18,328 nt of DNA from Candidatus Krumholzibacteriota bacterium (GTDB taxonomy: Bacteria; Krumholzibacteriota; Krumholzibacteriia; LZORAL124-64-63). Position numbers and translations under genes: made by a program. The notes under the pieces are model-generated. The model was not told where the DNA came from, searched no databases, and was given only the letters and a program-made list of their open reading frames with translations. This document shows positions 14,979 to 18,328 of the stretch, in pieces (position 1 is the first letter of the stretch; each line of letters starts with the position of its first letter). The stretch is taken from NCBI GenBank assembly GCA_039714075.1, contig JBDLKA010000074.1, positions 1 to 18,328 on the forward strand, given 5' to 3'.

Positions 14979-16447
14979 CCGTCCGCTTTACCCAGTTCCA
15001 AAAGAATGGTCCGGCCGAATTCCGTGAGGGACGGATCACGCGCGCCCATGACCAGAACCAGGTCACCCGACCGGGCCTCGGCCGCGATGGCGGGCGGCAG
15101 CTGGGCGCGGTCGGCCAGGAACCTTGCTTCCCGACCGAGACCGCGGACTTCGTCGACGATATCCCCCGCTGAGATGTCCCGGGTCACGGTCCCGCCGGCG
15201 AAATAGATTTCCGGTAGCCACAACACGTCTTCGGGTGCCAGGGCGGCGGCGAAGGTCTCGACCAGGGCGTCGCGCAGAAATCGGGTCGGTCCGAAACCGT
15301 GGGGTTGGAAAACAGCCAGGACCCGGCCACCGGATGACCCCAGGCGGTCATGGGCCGCGGCCAGGGCGGCGGCGATCTTGTCGGGGTTGTGGGCGAAGTC
15401 GTCGATCACCTCGACCCCGGCCGCGTCACCCACTTTTTCGAAGCGGCGGGACACCCCGGCGAATCCGGCCACCGCGGGCGCCATCTGTTCCAGGGTCAGG
15501 CCGCAGGCCCGGCCCGCGGCGATGGCGGCCGTCGCGTTGCGGACGTTGTACAAGCCGGGGGCGGGCAGGTGAAACCTTACGTTTTCGATACGAAAATCCG
15601 AACCTGTCGGGCTCGGTTCGACGTCCCGGGCCCAGGTGCCGGCCCGGTCGTCGCCCTCGCCGATCCCGAACACTTCAGCGCCCGCGGCCAAATCGGCCAG
15701 GTTGTCGTCAGCGCCGACGATCAGTGGACCCGACACGTTGTCCCGGAAAACCTCGAACATGGCCATGATCTCCGCGGGGTCCTTGTGGTCCAGGCCCAGA
15801 TTGAGAATGATGCCGGCCCAGGGATGGTACCGGACCAGGCTCCCGTCGCTTTCGTCGGCCTCGATGACCAGGAACGGCGGGCCGTCCCCCTGGTCGGAAC
15901 CGGCGGGGGCCCAGGCGTTGCCGATGAGCCCGTCGTTCACCAACGCGGTCAGGGGTCCGCCGGTCAACAGACCCGTGTCCAGGCCGCAGTCCCGCAGGAT
16001 GGTGAACAACATGGCCGTGACGGTGGATTTGCCGCTGGTTCCCGAAACGGCGATGGTCCGGTGATCGGTGACATACCGGGCCAGCAGTTCGGAACGGTGC
16101 AGGATGGGGATGCCCAGTTCGCGGGCCGCGGCGATGTCGGGGACCTTGTCCTCGACCGCGGTGCTGACCACGACGGCGGCGCAGGTCTGCCCCGCGCAAA
16201 TTTCCCCGGGTTCGGCGGCGGACGAAAAACTGCCGTCCTGGGAAAAAATCCCGATGCCCAGGCCTTCCAGCCTTGAACGGACTTCCTGTCTTTCCCCCTG
16301 GTCGAAAGCCCGGTCGCTGCCGGTGGTCGGTCCGCCGGCCCGGGCGTGGAACTGGGCCAGCCCGCTCATGCCGCTGCCCCCGAGGCCGGCAAAGTGGAGC
16401 CAGGCCTTCGTATCGGTGCGGATGGCGGACGAATCAGAGGATGACAA
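14975..16447 (-). CDS. Mur ligase, MurC/Mpl-like (UDP-MurNAc amino-acid or peptide ligase, 490 aa)
   Basis: HFAGLGGSGMSGLA, GSD, VVVSTAV, HRSELLA, P-loop VSGTSGKSTVT, IEADESDG, LDH, PGLYNVRNA, FAGVSRRFE, IDDFAHNP, AVFQPH, GDLVLVMGA. TTG start behind an AAGGAG SD. It does not lie in a dcw cluster. Confidence 0.9.
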   Translation of the reverse strand: MSSSDSSAIRTDTKAWLHFAGLGGSGMSGLAQFHARAGGPTTGSDRAFDQGERQEVRSRLEGLGIGIFSQDGSFSSAAEPGEICAGQTCAAVVVSTAVEDKVPDIAAARELGIPILHRSELLARYVTDHRTIAVSGTSGKSTVTAMLFTILRDCGLDTGLLTGGPLTALVNDGLIGNAWAPAGSDQGDGPPFLVIEADESDGSLVRYHPWAGIILNLGLDHKDPAEIMAMFEVFRDNVSGPLIVGADDNLADLAAGAEVFGIGEGDDRAGTWARDVEPSPTGSDFRIENVRFHLPAPGLYNVRNATAAIAAGRACGLTLEQMAPAVAGFAGVSRRFEKVGDAAGVEVIDDFAHNPDKIAAALAAAHDRLGSSGGRVLAVFQPHGFGPTRFLRDALVETFAAALAPEDVLWLPEIYFAGGTVTRDISAGDIVDEVRGLGREARFLADRAQLPPAIAAEARSGDLVLVMGARDPSLTEFGRTILLELGKADG

Positions 16448-17003
16448 CGGGGTCTCCTTCCTCGACCAGTTCGAACAGGGCGACCACGTCGGGGTTGGTC
16501 ATGCGCACACAGCCTCCGGAAACGGGGGTGCCGATCCCCTCTTCGTGATTGGTGCCGTGGATGTAGATATACCTGGCCCGACTGTCGACGCCCGGGCCCC
16601 GGTTGACGCCCTCTTCCAGCCCGTCGAGGGTCAGGATGCGGGTCAGGATCAGGTCGTCCCCTGAAGACTCGTCTCCGTCCTTCCGCCACAGGATGCCGGT
16701 GGACCTTCGGCTGGAAAAAATCGTGTGCAGGTCCGAGCCCGCGCCGATCTTCCGGTCGATCCGGTGCAGGCCGGGCGGCGTGCCCCCCGAATCCTGACGA
16801 TTGTCCACCCCAGCCGCGGCGGTGGATACGGACCAGGAAGCGGTCAAGTCCTCACCCTGTAGCAGGAGCAACCGCTGGGTGGGCACATGCACCAGGAGCC
16901 AATTACCCCGGAATTCAGGTTGTTGCGCCAGGATCTTTTCCCGTCCCGCGGCGATTTCCCGCTTAAGGTCCTTCGCGGCGGGGAGTTTTTGCGATCGGCT
17001 CAT
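16434..17003 (-). CDS. YkuD-family L,D-transpeptidase/carboxypeptidase catalytic domain protein without signal peptide (189 aa)
   Basis: VSTAAAG...SGGTPPG, ILTRILTLDGLEEGVNRG...RYIYIHGTNHEEGIGTPVSGGCVRM (catalytic His and Cys present). ATG 17003 with AAGGA SD. Overlaps the Mur ligase start by 14 nt. Confidence 0.9.
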   Translation of the reverse strand: MSRSQKLPAAKDLKREIAAGREKILAQQPEFRGNWLLVHVPTQRLLLLQGEDLTASWSVSTAAAGVDNRQDSGGTPPGLHRIDRKIGAGSDLHTIFSSRRSTGILWRKDGDESSGDDLILTRILTLDGLEEGVNRGPGVDSRARYIYIHGTNHEEGIGTPVSGGCVRMTNPDVVALFELVEEGDPVVIL

Positions 17004-17162
17004 CACGGCTTCCTTGCCAACTGGGTTGTTTCTGACCAACTTACATGTTAAAGAATTATCGACCGTTCCGATGGCCGTTTTTTGCCCCGAATGAGGCCCA
17101 AAACGCCCGGATCAGGGGCCTGGGACCAGTTTTCCAGGCGATGAACCTCCGGAGGGAATCCA

Positions 17163-18328
17163 ATGTACGATATCGAGGGGTCTCTCGACAAACAGATCCT
17201 CGAAGTCATGAACAACAAGCCGGCGGTGGTGTTCACCGAACCCACCGATCCGCGCATCATCGAGGCGGCCTGCCATCTGCCCCGTTTCATCCGGCCGGTG
17301 TTCCTCGCCTCCGAGGACGCGGTCAAGGATACCATCCGGCGGGACCTCGGCCACGTGGATTCCACCCGCATCGAGTTCGCGCTTTCCGAAAGCGCTTTCG
17401 TCGATCCGGACAAGCGCACCGACCTGCAGGAAGAGTTCGCCCGGGCCTGCACGGAACTGCCCCAGGGCATCCGGCGCAGCCAGGATTTCGACGAAGCCCT
17501 CAAGTTGATCCGCGACCCGGCCCGGTTCGGCATCATGGCCGTCCGGCAGGGGCACGCCGATATCGTCGTCGGCGGCATCACCCACGAGCCCCGCGATTAT
17601 TTCCGGCCCATGACCCGATTGCTGGCCAAGCAGGAAGTGCTGTGTGAAGCGGGGGTCATCGTGCTGCCGGACAGCCATCCGGGAGACATCTTTCCCCACA
17701 ACATCCTGGTGGTGGGGGATGTGGGTTCGAACGCCAACATGAATCCCGAGGTGCTGGCGAACGTGGCGGTGGGAACCTGCGCCGTGGCCCGCGACCTGTT
17801 TCCCGATTCGGTGCTGCCCACCATCAACGGGGCCATGGTTTCCTACTCCAACAAGGGCTCGGACGAAGGCCCCAGCCCGGAACTCGTGCGCCGGGCCAGC
17901 GCCCTGGTGCCCGAAGTCCTGGCCGACCGCATCAAGCGGGGCAACCGTTACAAGAGCATCAACATCGAGGGCGAGGTGAAGATCAGCGTCGCGATTTCGC
18001 GCCGCAGCGCCCATCTGTACCGCAAGGGCCAGGAGCACGGCTTCGTGGGCGGCACCAACGTCCTGATCGTGCCCAATCTCGATACCGGCAATCTGCTGTT
18101 CCACCTCTACGCGACCAGGTACCCGGACGCCAAGAAATTCAGCGTCATGTTCGGAATCCGCTTCCAGGGGGTGGATCTGCCCATGGACAGCACGGCCGAG
18201 GATGCCGTGTTGGGAGTCAAGGCCTGCGTCCTGCGGCTGCACCGTTTCAAGCACTGGTCGCGGACGCCCAAGGACACCTTTTTCCCGCGGCACCGGATCC
18301 TGGCCATCAACCCGGGATCGACCTCGAC
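17163..18328 (+). CDS. Phosphate acyltransferase (PTA_PTB)-like domain fused to a butyrate-kinase-like domain; runs off window end
   Basis: Not in the ORF track. Manual translation from ATG 17163 (GGAGG SD) is open to the window end: MYDIEGSLDKQILEVMNNKPAVVFTEPTDPRIIEAA...GHADIVVGG...LVVGDVG...AMVSYSNKGS...IEGEVKISVA...NVLIVPNLDTGNLLF...VDLPMDSTAED... (Pta fold). At 18297 it reads ILAINPGSTS, the N-terminal phosphate-binding motif of butyrate kinases. Confidence 0.85.
   Translation, partial: MYDIEGSLDKQILEVMNNKPAVVFTEPTDPRIIEAACHLPRFIRPVFLASEDAVKDTIRRDLGHVDSTRIEFALSESAFVDPDKRTDLQEEFARACTELPQGIRRSQDFDEALKLIRDPARFGIMAVRQGHADIVVGGITHEPRDYFRPMTRLLAKQEVLCEAGVIVLPDSHPGDIFPHNILVVGDVGSNANMNPEVLANVAVGTCAVARDLFPDSVLPTINGAMVSYSNKGSDEGPSPELVRRASALVPEVLADRIKRGNRYKSINIEGEVKISVAISRRSAHLYRKGQEHGFVGGTNVLIVPNLDTGNLLFHLYATRYPDAKKFSVMFGIRFQGVDLPMDSTAEDAVLGVKACVLRLHRFKHWSRTPKDTFFPRHRILAINPGSTS

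Noticed and set aside
17112..18293. 393-aa minus-strand ORF, and 17045..17647(+)
   Set aside because: Shadow or alternative frames of the Pta-like gene starting at 17163, which has an SD and family motifs but is missing from the track because it has no stop in the window.
5622..18328. Functional link between the deacylase and the Pta/kinase fusion (acyl-phosphate-driven lysine acylation)
   Set aside because: Biochemically attractive, but the genes are ~10 kb apart in different operons and I see no shared regulatory motif.

Overview
GC-rich bacterial chromosomal segment, probably from a diderm organism because it encodes an outer-membrane beta-barrel protein. It holds 17 protein-coding genes, two of them cut by the window edges. 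I found no rRNA, tRNA, CRISPR array or mobile element. Gene order: TauE/SafE exporter (partial) and EamA/DMT transporter (-); CCA-adding enzyme (+); hypothetical protein, GntR regulator and stand-alone CBM48-like protein (-); tail-anchored TPR protein (+); Zn-dependent deacetylase with a large extra C-terminal domain (-); CBM9/DUF5916 outer-membrane protein (-), divergent from an ECF sigma / zf-HC2 anti-sigma / LiaF-like membrane protein operon (+); GT4 glycosyltransferase (-); REC-GGDEF protein (+); MurC-like ligase and signal-less YkuD protein (-); and a partial Pta-like / butyrate-kinase-like fusion (+). Four observations stand out. (1) Matching ECF-type promoter motifs GAAC-N17-CGT(A/C) point in both directions from the sigma/OMP intergenic region. 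(2) The HDAC-family enzyme is fused to a domain with GNAT-like motifs. (3) A probable cytoplasmic peptidoglycan-recycling pair (ElsL-like YkuD plus MurC/Mpl-like ligase) is present. (4) A Pta-like domain lacking the catalytic Ser-Arg is fused in frame to a butyrate-kinase N-terminal motif. All family calls come from motif recognition by eye, and no database searches were run.
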